Notes: generated by a model from the sequence alone, not told the origin. DNA of 64,000 bases from Clostridia bacterium (GCA_028279945.1 JANQMT010000006.1:26091-90090); one strand, 5' to 3'. Positions 39,327 to 49,312 are shown, numbered from the stretch's first letter. A program made the numbers and translations.

Positions 39327-40310
39327 ATGAACATACTAGTAACCGGAGGGACAGGTTATATAGGCTCACATACATGTGTGGCTTTGCTTGAAGCAGGGCA
39401 TACGGTTATTGTTGCGGATAATCTTTGTAACAGTAAGGCTGAGACTATTGATAGGGTAAAGCAAATAACCAATAAAGAAGTCTTATTTCATAAGATCGAT
39501 GTGACAGATGAGTTAGCTGTAGATGAAGTGTTTTGTGAGCATAAATTGGATGGTGTTATTCATTTTGCAGGGTTAAAAGCTGTAGGTGAATCTGTAGAAA
39601 AACCAATTGCTTATTATTATAACAATTTAGTAAGTACCATGACTCTTTCAAAAGTATGTCAGAAATATGGTGTGAACAAATTTGTATTTAGTTCTTCTGC
39701 AACTGTGTATGGAGATAATACTGCACCATTTGTTGAGACCATGGCGCTTTTGCCTACTACAAATCCTTATGGTGAAACAAAAGCGATGAGTGAGAGGATT
39801 CTCATGGATGTTGTAAAAGCAAATCCTGATTTTTCTGTGTCACTCCTTCGGTATTTTAATCCGGTAGGCGCACATGAAAGCGGACTAATTGGAGAAGCAC
39901 CTAACGGTATTCCAAACAATCTTATGCCTTACGTGACACAAGTAGCAAAAGGTAAGCTGGCGATGTTACGAGTTTTTGGAAATGATTATCCAACTGTAGA
40001 TGGGACAGGTGTAAGGGATTATATTCATGTAATGGATTTGGCAGAAGGACATGTTGCTGCATTGAATCATTTAACAAAGGGAGTACATATCTATAACCTT
40101 GGTACAGGTCAAGGTACCTCAGTATTACAGCTAGTACAAGCTTTTGAAGAAGCAAATGATATTGAAGTACCTTATCAAATCGTAAACCGAAGAGCTGGAG
40201 ATATAGCAGAATGCTATGCTGATGCAAGTAAAGCTGAAAAGGAATTGGGTTGGACAGCTAAAAGAGGGATAGTGGATATGTGTCGGGATGCTTGGAAATT
40301 TGAGGAGTAA
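39327..40310 (+). CDS. galE: UDP-glucose 4-epimerase
   Basis: GGTGYIGSH, HFAGLKAVGES, YGETK, LRYFNPVGAH, GTGVRDYIHV. Start after AAGGAGG. Confidence 0.95.
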   Translation: MNILVTGGTGYIGSHTCVALLEAGHTVIVADNLCNSKAETIDRVKQITNKEVLFHKIDVTDELAVDEVFCEHKLDGVIHFAGLKAVGESVEKPIAYYYNNLVSTMTLSKVCQKYGVNKFVFSSSATVYGDNTAPFVETMALLPTTNPYGETKAMSERILMDVVKANPDFSVSLLRYFNPVGAHESGLIGEAPNGIPNNLMPYVTQVAKGKLAMLRVFGNDYPTVDGTGVRDYIHVMDLAEGHVAALNHLTKGVHIYNLGTGQGTSVLQLVQAFEEANDIEVPYQIVNRRAGDIAECYADASKAEKELGWTAKRGIVDMCRDAWKFEE

Positions 40311-40320
40311 TAGCGCTGCT

Positions 40321-40411
40321 ATAGTTGGGTAGCAGATAGTTGGATAGAGGATAGGTGGACGAAGAATTGAGTGTTTTTCCTATCTACTACCTAACTATCC
40401 ACTATCTAACT
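40321..40411. repeat. GATAG/CTATC repeat hairpin between galE and vanZ
   Basis: ATAGTTGGGTAGCAGATAG... pairs with ...CTATCTACTACCTAACTAT. Confidence 0.7.
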
Positions 40412-40429
40412 AAACAGGAGGTAGATGAC

Positions 40430-40921
40430 TTGGAAGTACGGAAAGTAATGATTGCTATTTTATATTGGATCGCAGTTCTCCTTTGGCTTATTTTCATATA
40501 TACTCTGTCTGATCAGCCGGCGGTACAGTCTAGTGAACTTAGTAAGAAGATTACAGAAGTTATTGTTAAGACCGTTGAACGAATAATTCCTCAAAATTAT
40601 GGAGATGATTCTAATATTAATTTAGTGGAAGAATTTCATCATCTTGTAAGAAAAAATGCACATTTTTTTATTTATCTTGTGCTTGGGATATTGACGATAG
40701 GTGCCATAAGATGGAGCGGTGTCTTAGGCCTTAAAGCTTTTGTTTTAACTTTAAGTATTTGTGTTCTTTATGCTATAAGCGATGAAATTCACCAGCTATT
40801 TGTACCTGGACGAAGTGCGGAGGTAATGGATGTTTTCATTGATAGTGCCGGTGCGATTGTTGGGATAGGAATGTATAGAGGAATAGCTTTTTTGTTAGAT
40901 AAAAGATTATGTAGAAGATAG
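40430..40921 (+). CDS. vanZ: VanZ family membrane protein
   Basis: RKNAHFFIY, YAISDEIHQLFVPGRS, DVFID. Likely TTG start after AGGAGG. Confidence 0.88.
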   Translation: MEVRKVMIAILYWIAVLLWLIFIYTLSDQPAVQSSELSKKITEVIVKTVERIIPQNYGDDSNINLVEEFHHLVRKNAHFFIYLVLGILTIGAIRWSGVLGLKAFVLTLSICVLYAISDEIHQLFVPGRSAEVMDVFIDSAGAIVGIGMYRGIAFLLDKRLCRR

Positions 40922-40960
40922 TTAGATATATCTAGAAGATAGTTAGATAGAGGATAGGAT
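40911..40960 (+). repeat. GATAG-type repeat after vanZ
   Basis: TAGAAGATAGTTAGATA duplicated, then GAGGATAG. Confidence 0.6.
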
Positions 40961-41051
40961 TAATTGCTAACTAACGATCTATCTATTGATTAAATAATGG
41001 AAATTGTTTATAATGAAGTAGTTGTATTTTGTATTATATAGGGAGGTTATC

Positions 41052-41738
41052 ATGGAATATGAAGAAATAGATTTGCGGCAATTATTGGATATAATAAGGA
41101 AAAGATTCGTTCTGATTGTTTTAATTGTTTTAATATCGGTTATAACAGCTTCTATATTAAGTTTTTTTGTATTGGACAAAGAGTATGAAGCTTCTACTTC
41201 ATTGATAATAGGGAACTCAAAAGATTATCGCAGTGAAAACTCCCTTGAGTACAGTGAAGTCTTAATGTATCAGAAGCTGATAAAGACCTTTGGTGAGATC
41301 GCAAAGAGTAGAATGGTCTCAGAAGAAGTCATCGATACTTTGAAATTAAATTATTCTGTGTCAAACCTTCAGAACAGGATATCGATACAACCTGTGGGAG
41401 ATACCCAAATGATAAATATTAAAGTGAGGGACAATGATCCTAAGCTTGCTGCTTCTATAGCAAACCAGCTTGCTCGTATGTTTAAAAATAAAGTTGGAGC
41501 GATTATGAAGGTGGATAATATTGAAGTGATCGATACAGCAAGAGTTCCTGTAGCACCTGTTAAACCAAAACCACTTTTAAATATTGCCATTACATTCATA
41601 CTATCTCTGATGATTGGAATTGGGTTATGTTTCTTGTTGGAGTTTTTAGATCAAACAGTTAAAACACCTAGTGATGTAGAAAAATATTTAGAGTTGCCGG
41701 TAATCGGTGCGATACCTGATACCACACATGTAAATTAG
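41052..41738 (+). CDS. cpsC: Polysaccharide chain-length regulator / tyrosine kinase modulator (CpsC/CapA)
   Basis: EIDLRQL, two TMs, PVKPKP, LELPVIGAIP. Confidence 0.9.
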   Translation: MEYEEIDLRQLLDIIRKRFVLIVLIVLISVITASILSFFVLDKEYEASTSLIIGNSKDYRSENSLEYSEVLMYQKLIKTFGEIAKSRMVSEEVIDTLKLNYSVSNLQNRISIQPVGDTQMINIKVRDNDPKLAASIANQLARMFKNKVGAIMKVDNIEVIDTARVPVAPVKPKPLLNIAITFILSLMIGIGLCFLLEFLDQTVKTPSDVEKYLELPVIGAIPDTTHVN

Positions 41739-41749
41739 GGGAGTAGAGC

Positions 41750-42478
41750 ATGAATCGAGATGAATTAATTTTAAACAAAGGTTCTAAATCGGTAGTTGCA
41801 GAGGCCTATAGGGTTCTAAGAACCAATATAATGTATGCAAGTATTGACAAAAAGATAAAGACCATTGCGGTTACAAGTTCGGGCCCGGCAGAAGGAAAAA
41901 GCAGCACGGTAGCTAATTTTGCTATTGCTTTAGCCCATGCGGGAAGCCGTGTATTGATCATTGATTCAGACCTGAGAAAACCAAGAATTCATAAAATATT
42001 TGGAATTTCAAATCGTGTAGGGCTTACAAATATAGTTGTAGAAGATTTGGATTGGAAGGAAAACGTACATACGTTAGAAGAACTTCCTGAGCTAAGTATT
42101 ATTCCCAGCGGGCCTATTCCGCCTAACCCATCCGAGCTATGCGGATCTGCCAAGATGAAAAATTTTATCAACAGTATTAAGGAAGAATTTGATTATGTCA
42201 TAATAGATACGCCGCCTTCAGGTGTTGTAACGGATGGTACGCTGGTTGCGTCTTATGTGGATGGTACGATATTAGTAGTCGCTTCTGGGAATGTAGAGAT
42301 TGAAGCTGTGAAGAGGACGAAAAATTTATTAAATAATGTCAATGCAAATATTCTAGGAGTAGTTTTAAATAAGATTCCTGTTAATGATAGTGGATATTAT
42401 AAATATTATTATTATAGTTATTATCATGATGATGAAAAGGGTAAGAAGAAGAGAAAGAAAAGGACAAAAGCAATATGA
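41750..42478 (+). CDS. cpsD: BY-kinase (CpsD/CapB)
   Basis: AEAYRVLRTN, EGKS, IDSDLRKP, IIDTPP, C-terminal tyrosine cluster. Confidence 0.93.
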   Translation: MNRDELILNKGSKSVVAEAYRVLRTNIMYASIDKKIKTIAVTSSGPAEGKSSTVANFAIALAHAGSRVLIIDSDLRKPRIHKIFGISNRVGLTNIVVEDLDWKENVHTLEELPELSIIPSGPIPPNPSELCGSAKMKNFINSIKEEFDYVIIDTPPSGVVTDGTLVASYVDGTILVVASGNVEIEAVKRTKNLLNNVNANILGVVLNKIPVNDSGYYKYYYYSYYHDDEKGKKKRKKRTKAI

Positions 42479-43251
42479 TCGATATTCATTGCCATGTACT
42501 GTTTGAAGCAGATGATGGCGCTCAAGATATTGAAACTTCAATAGAAATGTGCAAAATTGCTCATGATGACGGCGTAAAGGCGATTATTGCTACGCCGCAT
42601 TTTATTATTGGGGAAAATAATGAGGAAAATGTACTTGAAAAAGTGAATCAATTAAACGAAATCCTAGAGGAAAAAGAAATAGATATCAAGATTTTTCCTG
42701 GGAATGAGATATTTATGGGCTTTCATATTGAAGACAATCTGTCACTAGGAGAATGCTATAGTTTGAACAACTCTAGGTATGCTTTAGTGGAGTTTCCCAT
42801 GATGGAAGTGCCCAAGTTTTCTTCAGATACATTATATGAACTGCAGATAAAAGGTTATGTTCCGGTTATAGCCCATCCTGAGCGCAACAGAACGCTTCAG
42901 GAGAAGTTTGAGCTCCTGTATGAATTTGTAGCTACCGGTTGTTTGGTTCAGATGAACAGCTCGAGTATTACCGGCATACATGGAGATATTGTAAAGAAAA
43001 CGGCGTTAACTTTTCTCAGGCACAATCTGGTGCATTTTGTTGCATCGGATGCACATTCGGCTGGTAGGAGAAGTCCTTTGCTGTCACCTTCTAGAAGTAT
43101 TGTTGAAGAGATGCTTGGTACAGAGTGGGCAAATGATCTTTATTATAATAATCCCAATAAAGTCATTAGAAATGAGTATATAACTATTAAAGAGCCTATG
43201 CCCATGAAGAAAAAACGGATGTTTCAGAGATTGTTTAGTTACGTCAAATAG
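42475..43251 (+). CDS. cpsB: PHP-family tyrosine phosphatase (CpsB/CapC)
   Basis: DIHCH, DDGA, ATPH, AHPERN, ASDAH. Confidence 0.93.
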   Translation: MIDIHCHVLFEADDGAQDIETSIEMCKIAHDDGVKAIIATPHFIIGENNEENVLEKVNQLNEILEEKEIDIKIFPGNEIFMGFHIEDNLSLGECYSLNNSRYALVEFPMMEVPKFSSDTLYELQIKGYVPVIAHPERNRTLQEKFELLYEFVATGCLVQMNSSSITGIHGDIVKKTALTFLRHNLVHFVASDAHSAGRRSPLLSPSRSIVEEMLGTEWANDLYYNNPNKVIRNEYITIKEPMPMKKKRMFQRLFSYVK

Positions 43252-43354
43252 AAATTTTAACATAAGTTGAATAGTATTTTCGATTTTTTTGTCAAAAAAA
43301 GTCTTTTTTTTCTAGTAATTTTATTATATAATTTTGTTTAAAGGGGGCTTGCAT

Positions 43355-43525
43355 ATGAAAGAGTACACTTTAAATTTTAGATCTGCTATAAGAAAGATTA
43401 GATTTGGGAACAATAATGAGGTTAGTAATAAGCTTACACCTAAGGAAAGGCAAGCGTTAACCATTACTTATATCGTGACAATGATGCCCGTTCTGATTAT
43501 TTTAGTTACTCTTGTACTTAATTAA
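43355..43525 (+). CDS. Small protein with C-terminal TM helix
   Basis: MKEYTLNF...ALTITYIVTMMPVLIILVTLVLN; RBS AAGGGGG. Confidence 0.6.
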   Translation: MKEYTLNFRSAIRKIRFGNNNEVSNKLTPKERQALTITYIVTMMPVLIILVTLVLN

Positions 43526-43629
43526 AGTTAAAGGCAGAATTTATTAATTTGAAAAATACATAAAGGTGTAGGCTGTCACAGTCATATACCAATTATGATG
43601 ATAAGATAGATTTTAAACAATACCAAATT

Positions 43630-43664
43630 AAAAAGCAAAAGGCATTTGTTCCTTTTGCTTTTTT
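43630..43664. terminator. Bidirectional terminator
   Basis: AAAAAGCAAAAGG-CATTTGTT-CCTTTTGCTTTTT between convergent genes. Confidence 0.8.
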
Positions 43665-43674
43665 ACGTCAAATA

Positions 43675-44025
43675 TTAAATAGATAATACGCTCCACTCAG
43701 GGTCTTGGAGACATTGTGTCAGAGGTTCACCCATGAGTTGGACATCAATACCCAGAGCTTTTATTTTATCCACTAACCCATATCTTTCTGCACATCTTTG
43801 GCAGGCATAGACTTGAACATTTTCAGCTTGGATTTCTTTTATAAGTGCTTGGACTTCAGGATCTTTGCATAACAATTGGTTGGAAGGTCCCCAAGTGACT
43901 AATTTGCATTCTTTCCACCAGTTGTTTTGGTTTGATTTGAGTGTATACATTAAAATCATATTTAAAGCGGTTTCTTTATTGTCGGAAGTCCATAGGATGA
44001 ATAATTTATCTTTTTTCATAGACAT
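43675..44025 (-). CDS. DsrE family protein
   Basis: ILWTS, W...LVTWGPS, ACQRCA. Confidence 0.8.
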   Translation of the reverse strand: MSMKKDKLFILWTSDNKETALNMILMYTLKSNQNNWWKECKLVTWGPSNQLLCKDPEVQALIKEIQAENVQVYACQRCAERYGLVDKIKALGIDVQLMGEPLTQCLQDPEWSVLSI

Positions 44026-44048
44026 TTCCTTTCAATTTGTATTAATTA

Positions 44049-44717
44049 TTATTGCAGCTTTCTAAATACGCCTTTTACTAGACCTAGGATCTGAATGTCT
44101 TTTACAATGATGGGTTCCATTTCTGAGTTTTCCGGTTGTAGCCGAATATGGTCTGCTTCTTTGTAAAAGGTTTTAACGGTTGCTTCGGCTTCGAAATCTA
44201 GAATTGAAGCTACTACGATGTCACCATTTTGTGCAATGTTTTGTTGTTCTACTAATATATAATCTCCGTCAAAAATGCCTGCTTCAATCATGCTGTCGCC
44301 TTTTACAGTCAGCATGAAATGATTGCCGCGTCCCATAAAATGAGAAGGAACCGGGAAGTTATCTTCAATATTTTGTTCGGCTAAAATGGGCTGTCCGGCT
44401 GCGATTTTTCCTACTACAGGAATTTCTACAACATTGGTGTGCTCTACATTGGCAATGGTATTTGGATTAATGAGCTGCTCTTCTTCCGTGGGATATTGGG
44501 CTGAATCCAATATTTCTATAGCTCTTGGTTTTGAAGGGTCTTTTCGTATGTAGCCTTTTTTTTCTAACTGATCAATGTCCTTATGAGCTGTAGAGGTAGA
44601 TTTAATACCTAAAGAACTGCACATTTCCCTAACGGTTGGGGGATATCCTTTGACCTTGATTGCTTGCTTCATATATTCTAAAATTTTCTGTTCTCGATCA
44701 GATAAATCGTATTTCAT
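44049..44717 (-). CDS. lexA: SOS repressor LexA
   Basis: GYPPTVRE, IAAGQP cleavage site, GDSM Ser, TVK Lys, RLQPEN. Confidence 0.96.
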   Translation of the reverse strand: MKYDLSDREQKILEYMKQAIKVKGYPPTVREMCSSLGIKSTSTAHKDIDQLEKKGYIRKDPSKPRAIEILDSAQYPTEEEQLINPNTIANVEHTNVVEIPVVGKIAAGQPILAEQNIEDNFPVPSHFMGRGNHFMLTVKGDSMIEAGIFDGDYILVEQQNIAQNGDIVVASILDFEAEATVKTFYKEADHIRLQPENSEMEPIIVKDIQILGLVKGVFRKLQ

Positions 44718-44822
44718 AGCTTTACCTCCAAATTTTTAGGGGACAGGTTACTATCTTCTATCCGCTATCTTCTATCCAACTAACTATACCTTACTTCATT
44801 ATATCACAGTATTGGGATAAGT

Positions 44823-44834
44823 AAACATATGTTC
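44823..44834. promoter_or_regulatory. SOS (Cheo) box
   Basis: AAAC-ATAT-GTTC, one mismatch from GAAC-N4-GTTC, upstream of lexA. Confidence 0.75.
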
Positions 44835-45138
44835 TGTTGATTTTTGAGGGTTCTTGGGTAGGGGATTTGGGAGGTAGAAATTGTCGAATAAAAAAGAAAA
44901 AAATAAGAGGATTATTTTGATTTTTACAGAATATAAATTAAATATAAGAGAGGTTTTTGTGATGATAAGAAATAATAATAAATTAACATCTTCTATTAAG
45001 ATGGATAAAAGAACGCGTGAAATTATTAAAAAAATAATAAAGCTATTGAAGTTGAAAGAGGATCAAGGGGTTGATTCTAAGTTGTTTTATGTGAGTAACA
45101 CTGAATGTAAGTATTTGAACTAGGTTTGTTGGTTATCA

Positions 45139-45164
45139 GGTTGGGCACTGGGACCCAACCTTAC
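45139..45164 (-). repeat. GTAG-family REP copy
   Basis: Reverse complement GTAAGGTTGGGTCCCAGTGCCCAACC, 2 differences from 3040-3065. Confidence 0.75.
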
Positions 45165-45215
45165 AATTTGGGATTGTGTTTTTTTACAATTCATGATGAT
45201 ACCATGATCTAAGCT

Positions 45216-45929
45216 TTAAGAATTGACTTCTAGGTTATGGTTGAATTTATAGCCTACACCTCTGACGGTGAGTATAAATTTTGGGTTGGATGGGTCGGGT
45301 TCGATTTTTTTTCTGATGTTGCCGATGTAAACGATAATGGTTCGTGAATCGCCTTCAAGTACATTTTCTTTCCATACTGCTTCGTAGAGCTGTTCCACGC
45401 TGTATATTCTTTTGGGGTCTTTTATGAGTAGTGCTAGGATATCGAACTCTTTGGCAGATATAGAAACCAGTTCGTTATTAACGAATACTTCGTGGGTATC
45501 CAAATGGACTTCCAATTCACCATATTTAATGACGTTGTCATTATCTTTTTTTTGTTCCACCATACGATTTCTTCTTAAATGTGCCTTGATTCTTGCAACC
45601 AATTCAAGGGTTGAAAAAGGCTTTGTTAAATAGTCGTCGCCGCCGGCAGATAAGGCAAGTACTTTGTCAATATCACTGGATTTACAGCTAATAAATAATA
45701 TGGGACAATCCGATATTTTTCTTATGTTGAGGCATAATTCGATACCATCAATATCCGGAAGCATAACATCTAATACGATGAGTGAAGGATCTTCGATTTT
45801 AAGCTTTTGGAGTGCCTCTTCACCATTTGCTGCCCAAGATACCTTGAAGTTTTCTTCAAGGAGATACATTTTAATAATATCTATGATTTCAGGTTCGTCG
45901 TCAACGATTAAAATATGTTCTCCAGCCAT
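45216..45929 (-). CDS. OmpR-family response regulator
   Basis: VDDE, LDVMLP, GGDDYLTKPF, TVRGVGY. Confidence 0.94.
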   Translation of the reverse strand: MAGEHILIVDDEPEIIDIIKMYLLEENFKVSWAANGEEALQKLKIEDPSLIVLDVMLPDIDGIELCLNIRKISDCPILFISCKSSDIDKVLALSAGGDDYLTKPFSTLELVARIKAHLRRNRMVEQKKDNDNVIKYGELEVHLDTHEVFVNNELVSISAKEFDILALLIKDPKRIYSVEQLYEAVWKENVLEGDSRTIIVYIGNIRKKIEPDPSNPKFILTVRGVGYKFNHNLEVNS

Positions 45930-45944
45930 GTGCCACCTCCGTAT

Positions 45945-47645
45945 CTATTGACTCACAGGTAAGATAATACTAAAAGTTGTCCCTTTATTTAATTGACTTT
46001 TGACATGTATTTCTCCAAAATGTTTGTTAATAATTTCTTTGGTAATGGCCAGTCCTAAGCCACTGCCTTTCTTAGTATTACTGCTGCCTTTGTAAAATCT
46101 TTCAAATACATGGGGCAAATCTTTTTCATAAATACCCACTCCGGTATCCATCACCTCTATAATAACTTTATCCGATTTACTCAGATGACATTTTAGAGAT
46201 ATATGGCCACCTTCTTTTGTATGTTTAATAGCGTTATAGATTAAATTATAAAACGCTTGGCCTAATCTTTCAACATCTGCGATGATTTCTAACTTTTTTT
46301 CAATGATGGCAGGGTCTATATCAACATGAAATATTAATCCGGCATGCTCGATATCATTCGAAAATTTATTTTGAATATCTTCAATGAGCGCTTGAACCGG
46401 TACTTGAAAAAATTTGAATTGTATTTGATTGCTTTCAAATTGAGAAAGCTCAAAGAGGTCGTTAATCAGGAGCTCAAGCATATGGGTTTTGCTTTGTATA
46501 TTGATCAAATATTTATTAGGTGATTCAGCTTTTGGTATCTTATTGTCTAAAATTGCATCGACATAACCACGAATGGTTGTAATAGGTGTCTTTAATTCAT
46601 GGGATATATTAGATAATAGATCTAGACGCTCTTTTTCTGTTTGTTTGATTTTGTGGTCTATTAATATTTTGTCAGAGATATCTCGAATAATACCTTCTAT
46701 GCCAAAATGGTTGCCATATTTATCATATATAATAGTAGTATATTCATTGACCCATACATATTGCCCGCTTTTATGCTGATAACGTAAAGTAACAGATTCT
46801 TTTGGAGATAGTTTTGGATTTACAGAGAGATCAAAGAACTCTTTGTCTTCCGGATGAACAATATCATCCAACAAGTAAGGGTTGCTGTAGAATTCTTCTT
46901 GGGAATATCCTATGATTTTTTCACAGTTTGGACTGACATATTCAAAGTTTGGTTCAGGCGTATATTTACAAAGATAAATGAGATCTTGAGAATTTTCTGT
47001 TAGTAATCTAAAAATCTGTTCGTTCTTAATCAAATTGATTCTATTTTTTTGAAGATACGTGAGTATTAAGCATGAGTTTAATGCAATGATTAATAAGATT
47101 TCGGTGATATAGCTGGTTGGGGAAATAGAATATTCGGGTTGAAGATAAAAATAATAGGATTTGTGTACCCCCCACAGTAGGAATACAATACCTGTAGCAA
47201 TCTTTTCATTTCCTTCAAATTCCCAATTTTGAAGAAATATAATACCGGTATATATGGAAATAATACTAAATGAAATAGAAAGGGGAAGGACCGTAATGGC
47301 ATAAGCAAAGTTAAATAGCAAACAAATAATACCCCAAGCCACATTAAATAATACAATATAGAACCATTTACGGGGAAATTTCCTATTGCTAAAGGCATAA
47401 GTGCCGCAGAGCAATAAATAAATGCTGAAGGAATATATCATTTGCTGAGCGATGAGAATATAGGTTAAAGGAATATTTTGATAGACCAAAATATCCATCA
47501 AGATACCAATGCCATACAAAACCCAGCTTAATCCCCAATAGCCGATATACTTTTCGTGAGTTTTTCTAAAGATGTACAAGTATATAATGGCAAAAGCAAA
47601 TACAGAAATATTTAATATTATCAAAGAATACATGATCCAAAACAT
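45945..47645 (-). CDS. Multi-TM/PAS sensor histidine kinase
   Basis: About 7 N-terminal TMs, PAS (VHPED, RDIS), SHELKTP, NAIKHT, GSGLGL. Confidence 0.93.
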   Translation of the reverse strand: MFWIMYSLIILNISVFAFAIIYLYIFRKTHEKYIGYWGLSWVLYGIGILMDILVYQNIPLTYILIAQQMIYSFSIYLLLCGTYAFSNRKFPRKWFYIVLFNVAWGIICLLFNFAYAITVLPLSISFSIISIYTGIIFLQNWEFEGNEKIATGIVFLLWGVHKSYYFYLQPEYSISPTSYITEILLIIALNSCLILTYLQKNRINLIKNEQIFRLLTENSQDLIYLCKYTPEPNFEYVSPNCEKIIGYSQEEFYSNPYLLDDIVHPEDKEFFDLSVNPKLSPKESVTLRYQHKSGQYVWVNEYTTIIYDKYGNHFGIEGIIRDISDKILIDHKIKQTEKERLDLLSNISHELKTPITTIRGYVDAILDNKIPKAESPNKYLINIQSKTHMLELLINDLFELSQFESNQIQFKFFQVPVQALIEDIQNKFSNDIEHAGLIFHVDIDPAIIEKKLEIIADVERLGQAFYNLIYNAIKHTKEGGHISLKCHLSKSDKVIIEVMDTGVGIYEKDLPHVFERFYKGSSNTKKGSGLGLAITKEIINKHFGEIHVKSQLNKGTTFSIILPVSQ

Positions 47646-47791
47646 GACATCAACCCTTGATTTTTAACTTATTATAACATTTAGTATGTCACCTTTGAGA
47701 AATATAAATTATTTTTTATTAAATATTGATGCAATTTTGACTTTTCTGTTATAGCTTTATAATAATGAATTGATAAAATTGTCGTAGGGAT

Positions 47792-49249
47792 GTGAAAACA
47801 ATGAAATGGAAGATCAGCAGCAAGATTATGGTTGCTATCATGATAAGCTCCGCTGCTTTAGCAGCAATCATTGGAAGTATTGCATTGTTTCAAGCCAGCA
47901 ATGTTATAGAGAAGAGTGCTCTTAACAACTTGCAGGCTATTGCAAAATCTTATGCAAAAGAATTCAGTATTACAACCGTTAAGGTAGAAAGTGTATTGGA
48001 TTCCTATATAGCATCTATTACTTCAACCATAGATTACCAAGCCCTAAAAGAAGAGAAGGATGAATATGCTTTTAAATTCCAAGAAGAAGAATTATTGCCC
48101 TTAACCAAGAAGTTTGCTGAAAATACCGAAGGGATTTTAGGTATTTATCTTGATATTGATCCTGCCATAACCCCTAATTTAAGAGAAGATCAAAGCGTGT
48201 ATGGGGCATGGTATTTGGACAAATACTTAGACGGCACTATTGTACGAGAGCCTATGGAATTAAAGAAGAATTTTTATCCTAGTAATAAAGAACTGCAATG
48301 GTATTATGACCCCATTATGAAAAATTCAGGTGTATGGAGTAAGCCTTATAAAGATATATATACGGACCACTATATGATTTCTTATAACAAGCCTGTTTAT
48401 ATGAAGAATACACTGATTGGCGTTGCCGGTATCGACATTATATTTGAAGATATTATTTCCATGGTGGAATCGGTAACCGTGTTCGAATCAGGGTATGCTT
48501 TTTTGTTAAACGAAGATCTGGATTTTATTGTTCATCCGGAAATAGAAATGAGCGTGGATAGAGAATATAAGAATCTATCTGATTTTGAAGGCACAGCATA
48601 TGCACCTTTGGCCAAAGAAATTTCCAAAAACCATTCAGGTATTGCAGAAATGGGACAGGGCTACAATAAAAAGCTGGCCGGATTTGCTCATATGGACAAT
48701 GGATACCTGGTGGTTATCGAGGTAAATGCGCTTGAAATATTAGAGGACCTAAATAAGGTAAGAAGTATTATTGACGCTATTATTCTGGTGGGAATTTTGG
48801 TTTCCGCTATTGCGGCTTACACCTTAGGAAAGTTTATTTCAAAGCCGGTAGAGCGATTAGGGAAAATGATAAAAAGAATGATGCATTATGATTTCTCTTC
48901 AGAAATTGATGATACTCAATTGGTTAATATTCATAGTGACAGCGGAAGAATGATTAAAGAATTATCCAAACTAAGAGAATCAGTGAACCATGCCATTACA
49001 AAGATTCGTGATAATTCAAGTAAAATGCATGTTTCGGAAGAAAAAATAGAAAAGTTAATGGAAAATAGTAAAGCGCTTCTAGAAAAAATTGAGCTTTTAT
49101 ACCATATGGAGTCAACACCAAACAGTACCATATCTAAGGATATAGAACAACAAAAAATACTCATTTTGGAAATAGAAACATTGGTTAAAGACATTAAAAC
49201 ACTCAATGAAGAAAATACCAAAATTGCTGATTTGTTTAAGATTGATTAA
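47792..49249 (+). CDS. dCache/HAMP membrane sensor lacking a recognisable output domain
   Basis: TM - Cache (WYYDP, WSKPYKD, GVAGID, GYAFLL) - TM - HAMP-like - short coiled coil; no MCP signalling hairpin and no kinase motifs. Confidence 0.75.
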   Translation: MKTMKWKISSKIMVAIMISSAALAAIIGSIALFQASNVIEKSALNNLQAIAKSYAKEFSITTVKVESVLDSYIASITSTIDYQALKEEKDEYAFKFQEEELLPLTKKFAENTEGILGIYLDIDPAITPNLREDQSVYGAWYLDKYLDGTIVREPMELKKNFYPSNKELQWYYDPIMKNSGVWSKPYKDIYTDHYMISYNKPVYMKNTLIGVAGIDIIFEDIISMVESVTVFESGYAFLLNEDLDFIVHPEIEMSVDREYKNLSDFEGTAYAPLAKEISKNHSGIAEMGQGYNKKLAGFAHMDNGYLVVIEVNALEILEDLNKVRSIIDAIILVGILVSAIAAYTLGKFISKPVERLGKMIKRMMHYDFSSEIDDTQLVNIHSDSGRMIKELSKLRESVNHAITKIRDNSSKMHVSEEKIEKLMENSKALLEKIELLYHMESTPNSTISKDIEQQKILILEIETLVKDIKTLNEENTKIADLFKID

Positions 49250-49312
49250 CGAAAGGAGGGTTAGTCGGGTTTAGGTTGTTTCCAAAATTAAATTTTTATA
49301 GGAGGTTTTCAT

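Noticed and set aside
44881-45123. ORF divergent from lexA as a yneA-like SOS gene
   Set aside because: No LysM or TM features. It could be a small gene starting at 44962, but support is insufficient.
49252-49275. Extra AAAGGAGGG before the NhaC gene as a leader-peptide RBS
   Set aside because: No properly spaced start codon with an open frame follows it.
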